A DNA stretch of 64,000 nt from Calcarisporiella thermophila CBS 279.70. Taxonomy: Eukaryota > Fungi > Calcarisporiellomycota. The stretch spans positions 323,926 to 387,925 of the forward strand of contig NW_027192213.1 in the NCBI RefSeq assembly GCF_041956535.1, given 5' to 3'. The translations under genes and the position numbers were made by a program. Within the stretch, counting starts at the first letter, position 1, and the number at the start of each line of letters is the position of its first letter. The notes under the pieces are model-generated. The model was given only the letters and a program-made list of their open reading frames with translations. It was not told the DNA's origin and did not search any database. This document shows positions 51,785 to 64,000 of this stretch, piece by piece.

Positions 51785-52682
51785 GCCAATGTAACTCTGT
51801 TTTTAGACTTTGCCGCCGGGCCGTGGTGAGGTTGTTTGAATTCAGGAGCATCCTAGCCTGCCCTCAAGCCGGTGCCAATGTTGGGAGCTGGAGATCACAA
51901 CAAAGGCCCGACTCACCGGCGCTAATTGGGCACAGCGGGTGGCTTGTGGGCGGGGTGGCCTCCATTATTAATTGCAACCATCTCCCCTATGCGCACGAAA
52001 TTGATTGTATTCAGGTGGGGCGCCTAGGTCATGCATGCGCAGGATACCTCCACAAAACTCCAGGCTTCATTTCAAGCAGGCCCACCCTGTATGCACCGGA
52101 TTGTTCCCAGGGGGCGAGCGCATACTGATCTTGTTGTAGCTCGCGCTGCCGTGGGCCGGCCGTGTTGGGGGAGGAGCTGCGGAGGAGGAGGCGATCGGCG
52201 AGGGGAGGCGGGCGAGAGGAGGACGAAGGGCTGAGGGCAATGGAGCTGACCGCCGAGCATCTCTGCAACCCATTTGCCATGGGGAGCAAGGGCAGCCAAT
52301 GCGCCCTTCAAAACTGCACCGCCGATCTTGCCTGCCCATCGCTCCACCATTTTAGCCGCAGCGTCACATCTAACAAATAAAGGCCGCCCAATTACATCAC
52401 GGGCCGGGCCGGTTAGGGGTCTGCGGCGCCAAATGCAGGAAAGGTTTTTGGAGAGCATTCCACTGAAAACTTCTCGAAAGACCTCCCGCTACTCGTTCTA
52501 AATTAAATTTTCTGTTTTCGCTCAATTTTTCTGTTTTTCTCTTTCACGCTGGCCTCCTCTCCTCGCCTCTCCCCCATCAAAATCCAAACGCTAATCCGAA
52601 CCAAGCCGATATATGCCTCCCCAATCTCCCGCCTCTGCCTCCATTCACTCCCCCTGTCTAGTCTCCCTCCCTTTTGGCATTA

Positions 52683-55135
52683 ATGCATCCGCTTCCCCCC
52701 GAACCGCTCTCCAAGCAGCACAATGCTGCATCGGCACCCCATCGCCAGAACAATCGTAGCGATTCCTTCGATGAGCTTCCTTGTGGGCGCCAAGACAATA
52801 CCGTACAATCCCGAGCGTCCAATCCTGCTGCATGCGATCAAGGGATGGAGGATGGGGGCTTTCCGGCGAGCTCCTTTGCCGTGGAACAGCAGGAAATGTT
52901 GGTGAAGAGCGCAAGAACGGTGCAAGATCGCCGGAGAGCTAACCAAAAGGTGGGCAGCTTTGAAGATCGGCCGAAGGAATCCCTCCCGGATCAGGATCAA
53001 GAAGCGGAGCAGAGCGCTGCTTCCAAACTGCGCTACGAATGCGACTCCATCGACGAATACTCTCTTGCAGGCCTCGATGAAAGCATCCATTACGACTGGG
53101 CGAATGTGCCTGCACATGGCATGCATCTTTCCTCCGATGCACAGCCCCCCGCTTATTTGTCCGTCCAGGCTCAATCCTCCCCCAAGGAAAAATTCAAATC
53201 CAGCAAAAGCCTTTCGAATCGCCTCCGCTCATGTTCTCATTCCCCCGTCCCCCAACCCACCCTCCTCACACCGCAGTACCTGCAGCCAAAACCCTCGCCC
53301 ACGAACATGGGCGTTCGTTTCTCCCATCTAAGCGAAAAGCCTTCCCTCTCGCGCAAGCTCTCGTGGGATGCAGAAAAGCTCAAGAGCTTGGCGGCGTTCA
53401 AACGCCGGCCCTCTCTGGTAAAGAAGCGCGAGAAGGAACGAGAGGCTGTGCGCGAGAGCCGATTCTTGGCCGAGAACAACTACATCACCTATTCTGTCGA
53501 TATCGAGGACTATGAAATCAAATATCCTATCGGTATGTCTTATTGCCCGAACTGGTCTCGAATGGATTTGGATCGTGCTAACCCTCGTCTATGCGCCTGT
53601 TTAGGACGTGGGGCCACTGCGACCGTGTACTATGCCCTCTACAAGTCTAAGCTTCCGGTCGCACTGAAGATTCTTGACCTGGATCGGTTTCAACGGAACC
53701 AGATCGACGAATTAAGGGTCGGTATTTCTCTCCTTTGACGGTTTCGTACCCCCAGCCCTAACCTCTATGCCTTACCCCCACTTTCAGAAAGAGACCCAAA
53801 TCATGAGCTTATGCAGGCACCCTAACCTTCTCCCAGTTTACCGCTCATTTGTCCATGGCTCGCAGCTTTACATCGTTACCCCGAATCTCTCTGCTGGTGA
53901 GTCATTCTTCTTAGTTCTTCTTCCTCTTTGAATCCCTCACGATAAAAAAAAAATTCTCGACTCTTATCAATATAAGGTTCATGCAAGGATCTCATTCGCG
54001 CCTCCTTTCCCAACGGGCTCCCCGAGCCGATGATCGCCTGTATCCTTTTTCAGGCATTGCAGGGTTTGCGGTATCTTCACCAAAACTGTCTCATCCATCG
54101 CGATATTAAGGCTGCCAATCTCCTCTTGGACAAAGAAACCGGCCAAGTGCTACTTGCCGATTTTGGCGTCTCACGTATGGATACTCCCGCCGCCGATGAG
54201 CGCAACGGTAGATACAGCTTTGTAGGCACCCCTTCTTGGATGGCGCCCGAGGTGATTGAGAGGAAAAACTACGATGCCATGGTGGACATGTGGAGTTTCG
54301 GCATCACCGCGCTGGAACTCGCCTATGGGGGCGCACCCTACGCGAAGCTTCCCCCCAGAAAGGTCCTACTCCTCACCCTACAGAATAGCCCCCCAAGGCT
54401 CGACCGCTCTCGATGCGTATACCCGTACAGCCGTGCTTTCGAAAACATGATTGAGCTGTGTCTGCATAAAGACCCTAAGCAACGGTAGATCTCCTATCCA
54501 TTTGGACGAATTCCTTGACATTATCATTGAACTTTTTTTTTTGCTTGCTTCCCATTAGTCTCACTGCAGAGAAAGCCCTGCATCACGCCTTCTTCCGCCG
54601 TGCGCCACCTCCCAGCTACCTCGCCTCTATTCTCAATATGTCCAAGCAGCCTTCGGTCCAGGAAAATTCACAGCTCACCCTGAAGCGATCGCAAGAGGTT
54701 GCAGAGAGGCGCCCTAGCGCAAACCCTCAGTCGTGGGATTTCGACACGTCCGGCGATGACCATCAGCTACAGGTTCAGCCGGCGTCTCCGCCTCCCGCGC
54801 CGCCACCCGCCATTCATATTTCGCCTCCTTCGTCGCCGATGCCTTCCCCCTCGCTCATCCACTCCCCCGATGACGACAGGGCGCCGGGAACGGACGACCT
54901 GTCCCTCTCCGAGCCGTCTCCAAGGCGGGATAACCTTCGCCTCATCATTCCACAGCCGTCCCGCAAGCGCGCAGATTCGCTGTCTTCGGCGGGTGAATCT
55001 GATGAGGCCATTACTCCAACCTCCTCCTACCCCTCATCGCCCTCCTCCTTGTCCAGTGCGAAGGCCAAGGACGAAGATGCGCGAACTCCAGCCTTCGTCT
55101 CCGCCTGGTCGGGCTACACTAGCTATTCTGCGTAA
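52683..55135 (+). CDS. Ste20-family Ser/Thr kinase (OSR1/SPAK/Fray-like) with long disordered termini
   Basis: G|RGATATV, VALKILDLDRFQRNQIDELR|KETQIMSL, HRDIKAAN, DFG, FVGTPSWMAPE and WSFGITALELAYG. The start codon is uncertain. Confidence 0.88.
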
Positions 55136-55563
55136 GCACTTGGAGGTAATCGCTTAGCTCCCCCCCCCCCTCCTGGCCATTGTATTTTTTGTTTTTTCGC
55201 TTATACTTGGGATTCATTTCTCTCCCTCTATCCATCTCTGTCCATATTTTCGTTAATATTTATCGACCCCCCTTCTTTTATTATATAAATACGCGTCGCA
55301 TGCTGACAAATACTTGCGTCTTTTTTCCTCATTGATATAGATTCCTTTCCCTTTTCCCTCGAAGTGCTTTAGATTTTCCCCCTCTTCCTTACACTTTGTA
55401 TAAATAAAAGATCCAAGACCCTCTCTTTCGTAGCAAGGCAAAGTCTCATTTTATGCTCGGAATTTCAAAAGGAGGTAAAAACAAAGAAAAATATACACAC
55501 AAAAACAAACGGGACAAAATAACTACATAGCAGGAAAGCGGAGGGGTGAGGGGGGGGATGCTT

Positions 55564-57153
55564 TTAAACCACGTCGGCCTCGCTTTCTTCGGCCATCTCC
55601 TCGTCCTCCGCCTCCTCTTCCTCCTCCTCGGTTCCGCCCCCCTCCTCTTCCTCCACGTCCTCCTCGGGGATGGCCGGCAGGTTCAGCAGCACGTCCTCCT
55701 CCCCCTCCCCTTCAAACGAATGGAAAATGGTGGTCACGTCCACCTCCTCCCGCTCCATCTCCTCCATCTGCAACCGGTCCCGCAACTTGACCTCGGGCAC
55801 CACATCGAACTCGTCCTCGCGCTCCTCATACTCGATGTTCTCCTCCAGCTCCTCGAAGTCCGGCGCAAACGCGCTCCACGACTGCTGTCGGCCCCTTCCC
55901 CAAAGATACATGTCCCCGTAGTTCGTCACGGAGGCCACCACCGGCATGCTGGGGTGCCACGCCACGTCCTCCAAGGGGTCCTTCGGGCCCTGCAGAATCT
56001 TGGTGAGGATGCCCGTGCCCCGGTCCCAAATGTAGATGCTGTGCTCCGCTTTGTGGGCGCTCCCGCCAATGACGTATTCGTCGTCCGCGCTGAACCCACA
56101 CTGCGACCACTGCGTCCTAGAGACCAGGTCCTGGAACTTGTGCTGGAGGTGGGGATGCCCTTCATCGTCGAGTGAGAACACCCGAATGATACGGTCATTT
56201 GCGTTGACCGCGAGATCTCTACCGTGCATATGGGAAGGGGGGAAGAGTGGAAGAGGTTAATCAGCGGGTGAGCGCAGCAGACGTGGTCGCACGAGTGGGC
56301 TTACCTTCCCCTTCGGCCCAGGTGGATCTGTTTAATTCCGCTGGTTGTGATTCGGATGGAATGCAGTACCTAGGATCGCAGCGTTCACGTTAGCTGGAAG
56401 TTCCTGCACTTTCATGGGCTATCATCTCAAAGGGTCTCACCTTCAACGTGGCCACGTCTATAATGTAGATAAATCCTCTTGAATTCCCGGTGTAAATTCG
56501 CTCGCCGGTCAGGTCGAAGCAAAGCGTTGTCACTGTGCCCGAAGAGTGCTCTTCCCCCTCTGGAGAGGTGGGGATGTCTCGCTGGTGAATACGGCCGTCC
56601 GAAAGCTCCACAAGGACCGGCGCCTCCTGGAAAAGCGACGCCGCGAATACAAAGCTATACACAACAAGGAAGAGCATCGGTAGTATTCCAAGTGTTTGTG
56701 TCTCGCGGATGAAATTGCAGGGCTTACTTATTGCGCGGATGCATAACGGCTCTGCTGACTGCCGCTCCAAACCGAACATCCCGCTTCCTCCCCTCGACCA
56801 AGTCCCAAAATATGCATTTCATGTCCTCCCCTCCCGTCAACAAGTACCGCCCATTTCTTGACCAGCTCAAGCTAGTCACCGGCCGAACATGCCCAATGAG
56901 CTGGCGGGCGACACTGTGAGTGTCAAAGTCCCAGACAAGACATGCTCCAGAGGCACAGCCCGCAGCCAGGAGGGTTCCCCATCGGTTAAAGGCACACGTT
57001 CGCACCCCTAAATCTGGGATCTCCTCTTCGATGACATCTGGGAAATCCTGATCGAATGGGTCTGGCAGAGAAGAAGTAGATGTCAATGTGAGAGGCCTCG
57101 AGACCCAGTCTGGTAAAGTTTTCCGCCACCTTACCAAGAAGTTCAAGATTCAT
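55564..57153 (-). CDS. SWD1: COMPASS subunit Swd1/RBBP5 (WD40)
   Basis: MNLELL|DPFDQDFPDVIE, GHVRPVTSLSWS, HKFQDLV and WSAFAPDFEELEENIEYEEREDEFD. Confidence 0.95.
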
Positions 57154-58192
57154 CGCCTTCTAGTTCGATTCATTTAGTCGTGAATGCGGCCGGAGAGTGA
57201 AGCTCTAGGTATTCAATTTGCTATCTTAATAGGGTGCTGCGCCAATAAGAGTTCTTTGATTTTTGCCAGCTGGAGAGCATCGAAATCGAGTACCATTAGT
57301 GAGTATAGACTACAGGCCGCCAGGGAATGTCCAGGAATGGCGCCACACCTCTTGTAGAAATAGGTTGAGACGTGGGCGTGTATGCGTAGGGGTGCTGGGT
57401 GAAATTGTATGCGCACGATCGAGTGTCAATAGTCAACATATGTAAATGAATTGCATTGGGGGCTCCCTATGAATCAGAGATCTAATTAATATAAGCAGCA
57501 TATCTGCGCTTCCTCCCTAGACCCAATTGCCGACGTGTCTCGAGATAGCCAGCTGCACAGAAATGGTGGCTGAAGAAGCCTTGGCGCTGTGTTGCCTGTG
57601 TGGTGGGAAGCCGTAGGTTCCAAATATAGACCGTGTCATGAATATTCAATGGAGGAGCAACTTCAACATATGAGGCGTCGCCTGCACACTGGGATATACC
57701 TCTCGTAGCTCGTAGTCTTTTTATTATTTTGGTATTATGTGCACCTTGTTTTCATAACCTCATTAAGCTATTCCGATCACAGCCGTTACCTTAATGGAGA
57801 AAAGCTCAAGGAGAGGGAAGAATGGGCTGAGCAGGTGCAAGGAAAATATATTAAAAAGGAAAAAAAATGGGTTGAATTAATATCGTCCCAGACGAGAAAT
57901 AAAAAGGTGTAGATATCCCAAGAAAAGAGGAGGTATTGTCTACTATTGGTGGGGAAAGAACTGGAAGAAAAGAAAAAGAAAAGGAAAAAAAAAAAAAGCA
58001 AATCTTACAAAAAGAAAAATGTTCAATTATTTAGGATAGAAAGAACAAAAAGACAAAAAAAAGGGGGGGAGAAAAGCACCGACAAGAGCCCTATGGAATT
58101 TAGAAAAAAAAAGACCAAGTTAAAAACAAAAAAAAAAAAGAGAACAAAAATATAATAGAAATCCCATTGCAGAAACAAAAGCAATACGAAGA

Positions 58193-58675
58193 CTAAATAA
58201 GTGACAGCTCCAGCGTCCACACTCGCCGCGCCCACAATCTCACAGGTACCCGCCGCTCACCGCCCACATGCATATCCACCCCGTCCCACCACACTTTCCT
58301 CGCGGGCTTCTTCCAAAACAGCAGCAATTTTTGAGCCGCCGCCAATTCGGCCTGCGTTCCGCCCTTTCGCAAGTGCGCCAAGGCCATCGACACGATTGTC
58401 GTCCTTCCGGGATCAATACAGCGGTAGCCCCACCGCGACTCGCGATCGAATCCCGACATGCACAGCAAATCGACCAGGTGCTGCTCGGCGCTGCTCTCCT
58501 TTGCGTGGGCATTGCGCAGCAGCGGGGTAAACACGTCCCGCTGCTCAAGCAGATACTGCGCACACTCGGCTTTAAGGGCCTGAGTGTCACTGGTATAGTC
58601 GATGCGCGAGCTGCAGCAGGAATGGTGACAGTCCGCAGGGCAGTCCACTGTTGTCGAAGCATTCGAGGCGGCTTC

Positions 58676-58711
<36 letters not shown>

Positions 58712-59275
58712 TGAGACCTGGTTCTCACTGCTCTGCGAGGTCGCGGTCGTCTCCAGTTCCCCCGAGGATGACTCGGTCAGGGCGGCCTTCTTTGCTGGGG
58801 GAATCGCAAAAAACTCGAGCTCCTCGCGCAGTACAATAATGGCGGGCCGCTGCTGCGGATAGCCACTCATAAGGAACTCGCGCGCGCTCTGGAAGAAGCC
58901 CAGTAGATAGCTTAGGCAGGCAGGATCAAAATCGACGTAAGCAACGTGTTCCTCCTCGATATCTTCCTCCACCTCCGGCTCTTCCGCCAGATCATGGTCC
59001 AACTCATTCGATGGATGCTCATCAGCCTCATCCCCGTATTCCACCTGGCGGCCAAATATTATGCCCTGAGGGAACATTAGGACGAGAATGCTCTCGGGGA
59101 GGGCAAGCAGAAGGTCACGGTCGCAATCGAAACGCGTACCCCGAAGATCGAGAACAAAATGCTCTGGAAACAGCACTTGATCCACCTCCATAGGCACATC
59201 GTACTCGGGGTGAGAGGGCGAGGGAGGAGCTGTGGTGTAAGTATTAGCTGCAGATGTAATGACGTCTGAAGTCAT
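58193..59275 (-). CDS. WHI2: Whi2 (BTB/KCTD-like stress and nutrient regulator), intronless
   Basis: LDLRGTRF, LPESILVLMFPQG, IIVLREELEFF, KLLLFWKKPARKVWWD and RRVWTLELS. Confidence 0.9.
58676..58711 (-). repeat. CAG/CAA repeat encoding Q12 in Whi2
   Basis: 12 consecutive CAG/CAA codons. Confidence 0.9.
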
Positions 59276-59315
59276 GATGGGTTGAATCTCTTTCTATTCT
59301 AATTTTGGTTAAACC

Positions 59316-59331
59316 GAGAGAGAGAGAGAGA
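59316..59331. repeat. (GA)8 microsatellite just upstream of WHI2
   Basis: Direct reading. Confidence 0.8.
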
Positions 59332-60053
59332 AATGGGGAGGGAGGAGAGATAGGAGAGAGATAGGGTAAACAAGAAATAAAAGCGTGGAGGGAGAGCTTA
59401 GTAAACGAAAAAGGATAAACGGGAGAATAAACAAAGAAGATTATGAGAGTGAAATCGAAATGAAAAGTGGTCGCGTTCGCCCGCCCCAATCAGCTTTTAT
59501 AAAAAGAGAAAATCCCCTTTTTGTGTTGACAAAGAAATCAATTTGGAAAAAGAAAAAAAAATGCCGGCAATGTTCAAGATTAAAAAGCAATCCGATGCAC
59601 ACTAGTGAAATAGCTATTAATAATAATAAATCTTTACAACCAATATATACACAATAAATGGGCAGAAGAGGGGGAAAAAGACGGCAGGAGGACACCGACG
59701 AAGATAAAGAATGCTCAATTAGAGTTTCTGAAATAGTGGCGCAGCGGACACTGCTGCGCATTGAGGAGCAGCGAGACCGAGATGGAGTGATAAGTCTTTC
59801 CCATCGGTGGGAACCTCTTTCCAAAACTATCACATTTATTGTAGAGAGAGTTTGTGTGTGTTTTCTTTCGATTCCGTCGTTAATAGGACATACAATCAAA
59901 ACTAAAATTTTTTACAAGAAAGATAAAAACGTCTCAGTTCCTATGTGGTCAGCCTTTGGTCGCCTCTAAAGGCCACTGACCCATGGAAATATTCAAACAG
60001 TTCAAAAGAGAGAGAAAAAAAATAATAGGAGAAGCATTTGGCCGAGAGGCTGT

Positions 60054-63000
60054 CTAAAACCTCCATTCCTCGTCCACCTCCATCGCCCACTTGAACTTTT
60101 CGCGCAAGCTGCGGTTGAACACCTTGTCTAGCGGCACCTTGTGCTTGTAACACCACGCTGCTGAGATGCGCGGGTCGATGTAGTTGATCTTGGACGTGCT
60201 CAGGGCAACTTGCTTTGTCTCATCCTGCAAACGCAAACGCAAACGCAAATGGGAGGATCAAGTTAGCCTTGCGTCGCTCCCCTCCAGGCAACGAGGGCCT
60301 ATTGTGTGTGAGGCCTTACCTTGGTTCTCATTTGGAAATGCGTGTTCGAAATCCGCTCGTTCACCTTCTTAATCGCTGCGTCCAACTTCTCGATGGTCTG
60401 GTTCCGCTTCGGCTCCACCTTACCCGTCTCCCGTTCCTTCGCCAACTCCTTCTCCCGCTCATCCACCTCCTTCAACCGTGCCTGTAGCTCCTTGGCAGGC
60501 TTCGCCTCCTTCCCCTCCGCAACCAGCGCCTCGTTCTCCTTCTCGAATTTGGCCTGTATTTTCTCGCGCTCCTTCTCTAGCAGCGTCTTCTCGTGCTCAA
60601 CGACCCAGTCCTCCTCAAGATCCGACTCGGGCTCAGTCAAATCTGGGCGAGCCTTCTTCAGCTTCGGGTCGATGGTGAGCATGGTCTGCTTCAGCTTCAA
60701 ACGCTGGTATTTGAGTGCCCGTATCTACCGTAGCAGTTGAATGGAAGATGTCGTCAGCCGGAGCAATGATGCTTTCCACCCCCTCTCAAACATACCTTAT
60801 CGCGAATCTTGGACATTTGCTGATGATGCCCCTTGCTGATGGAGCGCTGATGGTTGCAGAGTACGGCCACCTCCTGGTTGGCTCGGTTGTAAGCCAGGAG
60901 TTTCTCCGCAACTGAGCCTTCGGCTGGCGTGTTTTCCAGCTGCTGTTGAAAAACATACGAGGCATTATACGTACGGAACACCTTGGCCGTTAATCCCGGC
61001 ATCAAGCTGTTAAGGTGCTTATTCAGCTTAGCAGTCTATTTAATGGGGCAAGGTGACACGTTAGTCCTCCAAAAGTAGAAGACGAGGTGTATGTTCTTAT
61101 TAATGGAAAGGTTACATTTAGACGGTCAAATATAGGGTCCTCATCATCTTTGTCTTTTTTGAATATCTTCAAGTTCTTGAACACTTGTTCATCGACAGGG
61201 ACTAGTAAGAAGAACAAGAAAATACCAGATAAGTTAGAGACCGATTGAGGGAGGACAAATAAAAGGGGGGAGGGGGAAAGGCCGCTTCTATACCTGTGTT
61301 TTCGTATTTGATCGAGTCTTTACCCAGGAAGCTCAGATGCACGATGTTCGGCGGCTCAAGCGACACATGCTCACAACGCAACGAACAACAACCCACAGTA
61401 TCCGCCTCGTCATCCCCCTTTTCATTACCAGCTCTGAGCGCAAGATGGTCAATAAGCCACATGGCCGTTGCTCGCTGTCGAGTCTCCATCAGTTTGTCCT
61501 TCAACTCTGCCAAGTAGTCGCGACGAATCCTAGCAACATGTTTCTGGGATGAAGAGAAAGAGAAAAGAGAGAGGGGAGGAGGGATCAGCTTTCGCCACCA
61601 GTGCTATACACAACAACCAGTATTTACTTTGAGCTCTCTCGCCTTCTCGAACTTCTTGAAGTCGCTCTGACCCTTCCACGAGCTTCCGGCGGCAAGGAAC
61701 ACGTACTTGAAAGAGTCGTTTACATTCTCCTTCCACATTGCTAGCCAAGTGACCGTCTGATCGTGAACAATCTTGCCCCACTTATGGCCTTCTGGTGGTT
61801 TGGGAATTGGCGCGTCTTTACCAATATTGATGGTGACTTGCTCAGGCTGAACTCGAGTCTAATGCGATTTGCCAAAAACAGAAAAGGCGAAAACAAAAGC
61901 TGAGCACAAGCACAAGTATCAACGAAAAAAGCCATATGATATAGTACCTTTAGGGTGCCGGTCTTTGGATGTGCGCCGCGACCACGAAATAGTCCGGGGG
62001 GCTCGATACGGAAATTGCCCACCTTCTCCTTCCGCCCATCCACCAGTGCATACATATACTTCTCTTCCATCTTGAGCTTTTCCTCCTTCAACCTCTACCC
62101 ATGGAGGAAATACGAATCAATGAGTCAGTTAAGAGCTGGGAAATCGTCGTAGTCAGTATAGCCCATTTACCTTTTTCTCATCTTTGGACATTGCTTTTTT
62201 TTCTTCCTTAAGCCTCTCCAAATGATCGTAAATGGGGGTGAAGTCACATTTGTCGAACTCTTTGATAGGGGGTGGCTAGAGAGAGAGAGAGAAAGAAGAC
62301 GAAATGTGGTTAAACATGTGAATGCATTGAAGTAAGCCCGATGGAGGCGCGTGCACTCTTCAAAATTTAAATAAATGAAATCGGGCTTACGTTTTTGCAT
62401 TTGGCAAGCACAGCCAAGAAGTCGCGGAAAAAATTCTCCCTAAACTCCTTCTTCTCATAGTGATCGGTATTGAGCACTTGGGCAAAGTAAGTTGCCACCT
62501 CCTCGGCCTCAGGCTCAAGCTCCACTGGAACGCCTAAAATGATTAGAGAGGATTTCCAATGATCAGCCCAGTGTTCACAAGCCTGCCATATCCAAAAGAG
62601 TTTTACGAATCAGGCTCGAACAGAAAACTCACCATCATATTTCATCTTCACTCCATGGGGCTCGTACTCGGGGGGGAAGAGGACCCCGTTGTGTTCGAAT
62701 GTGGTCCACTTGATGCTTCCATCATTCTCCTCGTTTTGCTCCTCCCACCAGCGATAGGCTTCCTCCTCCTCTTCCTCCACTTCTTTTTTGGTTTTCTTAG
62801 TTTTCGATTTTTCTGTCTCACTCTCCCCCTTGGATTCCTCCTTCTTCACCTTCTTAGCCACCCCATCAGCTGCATTCTCCTTGCTCTTGGTCGACGGCTT
62901 CGATGTGTTATTTGTGGAGCGCTTTCGCTTTTTCGTCTCGGACTGCGAATTGTTTGCCTCATTTCTGGCAGAAGCATCGTTCTCCTTTTTCACCGCTACA

Positions 63001-63544
63001 GCCGAAGATTTGACAGGGCGGATTTTTTTAGCCTAAAAAGCACACATACACAGCGTCTAAGTTATAAGGCCAATCCTTGAAAGCGCAAGAAATAGCAACC
63101 CACCAATGGAACGTCTGAATCACTGTCACTGCTGGCCTCCTGCTTCTTACGCTTATCGAGCCCATTTGTCCCACCATTCATTTCTGTCGCTAACTTGCTT
63201 CCACCTTGCTTGGTCACCTTGCGCATTGCGAGAGGGATGTCATCGTCGGAGTCATCAGGAATTCTTGAGGCAGAGCGGATCTGGGATGCAGGTGGGGAGC
63301 TTGCCTCTGAATCCACATCTATTCAAAAAAAAACAATCATGAAATGAGTTGAATGGGAAGAGCGAGAGTAAATTCATGGGCTCCAATTCATTAAATAAAA
63401 ATAAGTCGATTCCAAAATATTGAGAAAAATACATAGAAATTGATGTGAACACCAGGAGAGGAGGGTATTCTCACCTATTTCGCGCTTTATTTTATCAGCC
63501 AGCCTCTTAGAGAGAGGAATATCGTCTTCAGAATCGGAGCTCAT
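60054..63544 (-). CDS. TOP1: DNA topoisomerase I (type IB), many exons
   Basis: [58 protein letters not shown] and [10 protein letters not shown] (catalytic Tyr). Confidence 0.97.
60227..60249. repeat. (GCAAAC)n hexamer repeat at the 3' end of the last TOP1 intron
   Basis: GCAAAC x3 plus GCAAA, directly next to the acceptor site. Confidence 0.75.
62278..62292. repeat. (AG)n microsatellite at a TOP1 intron acceptor
   Basis: Forms the (CT)n pyrimidine tract on the gene strand. Confidence 0.7.
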
Positions 63545-64000
63545 GTTAAACAAATCAGATAAAGAATGGGAGGAAAATCAATATAAATCGCCGTTGTTGG
63601 AGACGAAAAAAAAAAATCTATGGTCGAAAACAAAAATAGAAAGTAGAAGAGAGAAAAGAAAAGCAAGAAACAGAGATAAATACCACTTTTGCTTGACTTA
63701 AAAAAAATTATGAAAACCCACGTTTAAGATTTGAAGGCAAAAGCAAGAGATAGCAGAAGATGGCTGCGCCCTTTAATTGATGACGTAACACAAAATCCGA
63801 GAATTTTGAAGTTAGGCGGATGCCATAGTCGCGTTAAACCGTAATAGCGAAGGGAGAGCATGTGGCCTCGGGTCATACTCAAACAACAATAGAAGCTTGT
63901 TTTATTATTTGTCAAAAACGAGAAATAACAATGGAGAGGGGGATGAAGAGGCGACCTAGTCAAATTTATGCGCGAGACCTAAGGCGGGAGGCGCGGGCCA

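Noticed and set aside
51800-52500. Multiple overlapping ORFs on both strands between CGI121 and the kinase
   Set aside because: Expected from stop-codon depletion in GC-rich promoter DNA; no domain signal.
55546-56175. 209-aa plus-strand ORF
   Set aside because: Antisense to the GC-rich last exon of SWD1.
57185-57760. Short ORFs and splice-like sites between SWD1 and WHI2
   Set aside because: Every model I tried gives a very short or ATG-less product with no known motif.
1-64000. U12-type introns (RTATCCTT donors) and TGA-CTA readthrough peroxisomal extensions
   Set aside because: The introns I spliced all had U2-type GT-AG ends, and the TGA stops I checked lacked the CTA context. The check was manual and not exhaustive.

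Overview
Gene-dense, intron-rich eukaryotic DNA with short GT-AG introns and about 30 protein-coding genes. Gene content and intron style point to a fungus, probably early-diverging (Mucoromycota-like; inference). Most genes are conserved housekeeping genes: acyl-CoA oxidase, MPC2, USE1, STM1, CDK11, SRP68, a SET-domain methyltransferase, MRPL12, VPS45, two amino-acid transporters, NHP6, an LRR protein, a 2OG-Fe(II) oxygenase, rhodanese, the PP2A A subunit, CUL3, ATP7, GCP4, RPT4, GPAT, CGI121, an OSR1/SPAK-like kinase, SWD1, WHI2 and TOP1. No rRNA, tRNA, CRISPR or recognisable transposon was seen. The best leads are: (1) an intronless 114-aa protein that aligns by eye with the two-repeat tubulin-binding helix of animal stathmins; (2) an intron-containing bacterial-type MscL channel with a C-terminal Zn ribbon and a tandem-repeat N-terminal extension; (3) a 99-aa spliced orphan with a duplicated DLYPxxxRxxxNAG motif; (4) a marked AT-to-GC shift across the window. 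Gene models were spliced by hand, family calls come from motif recognition, and no database search was run.
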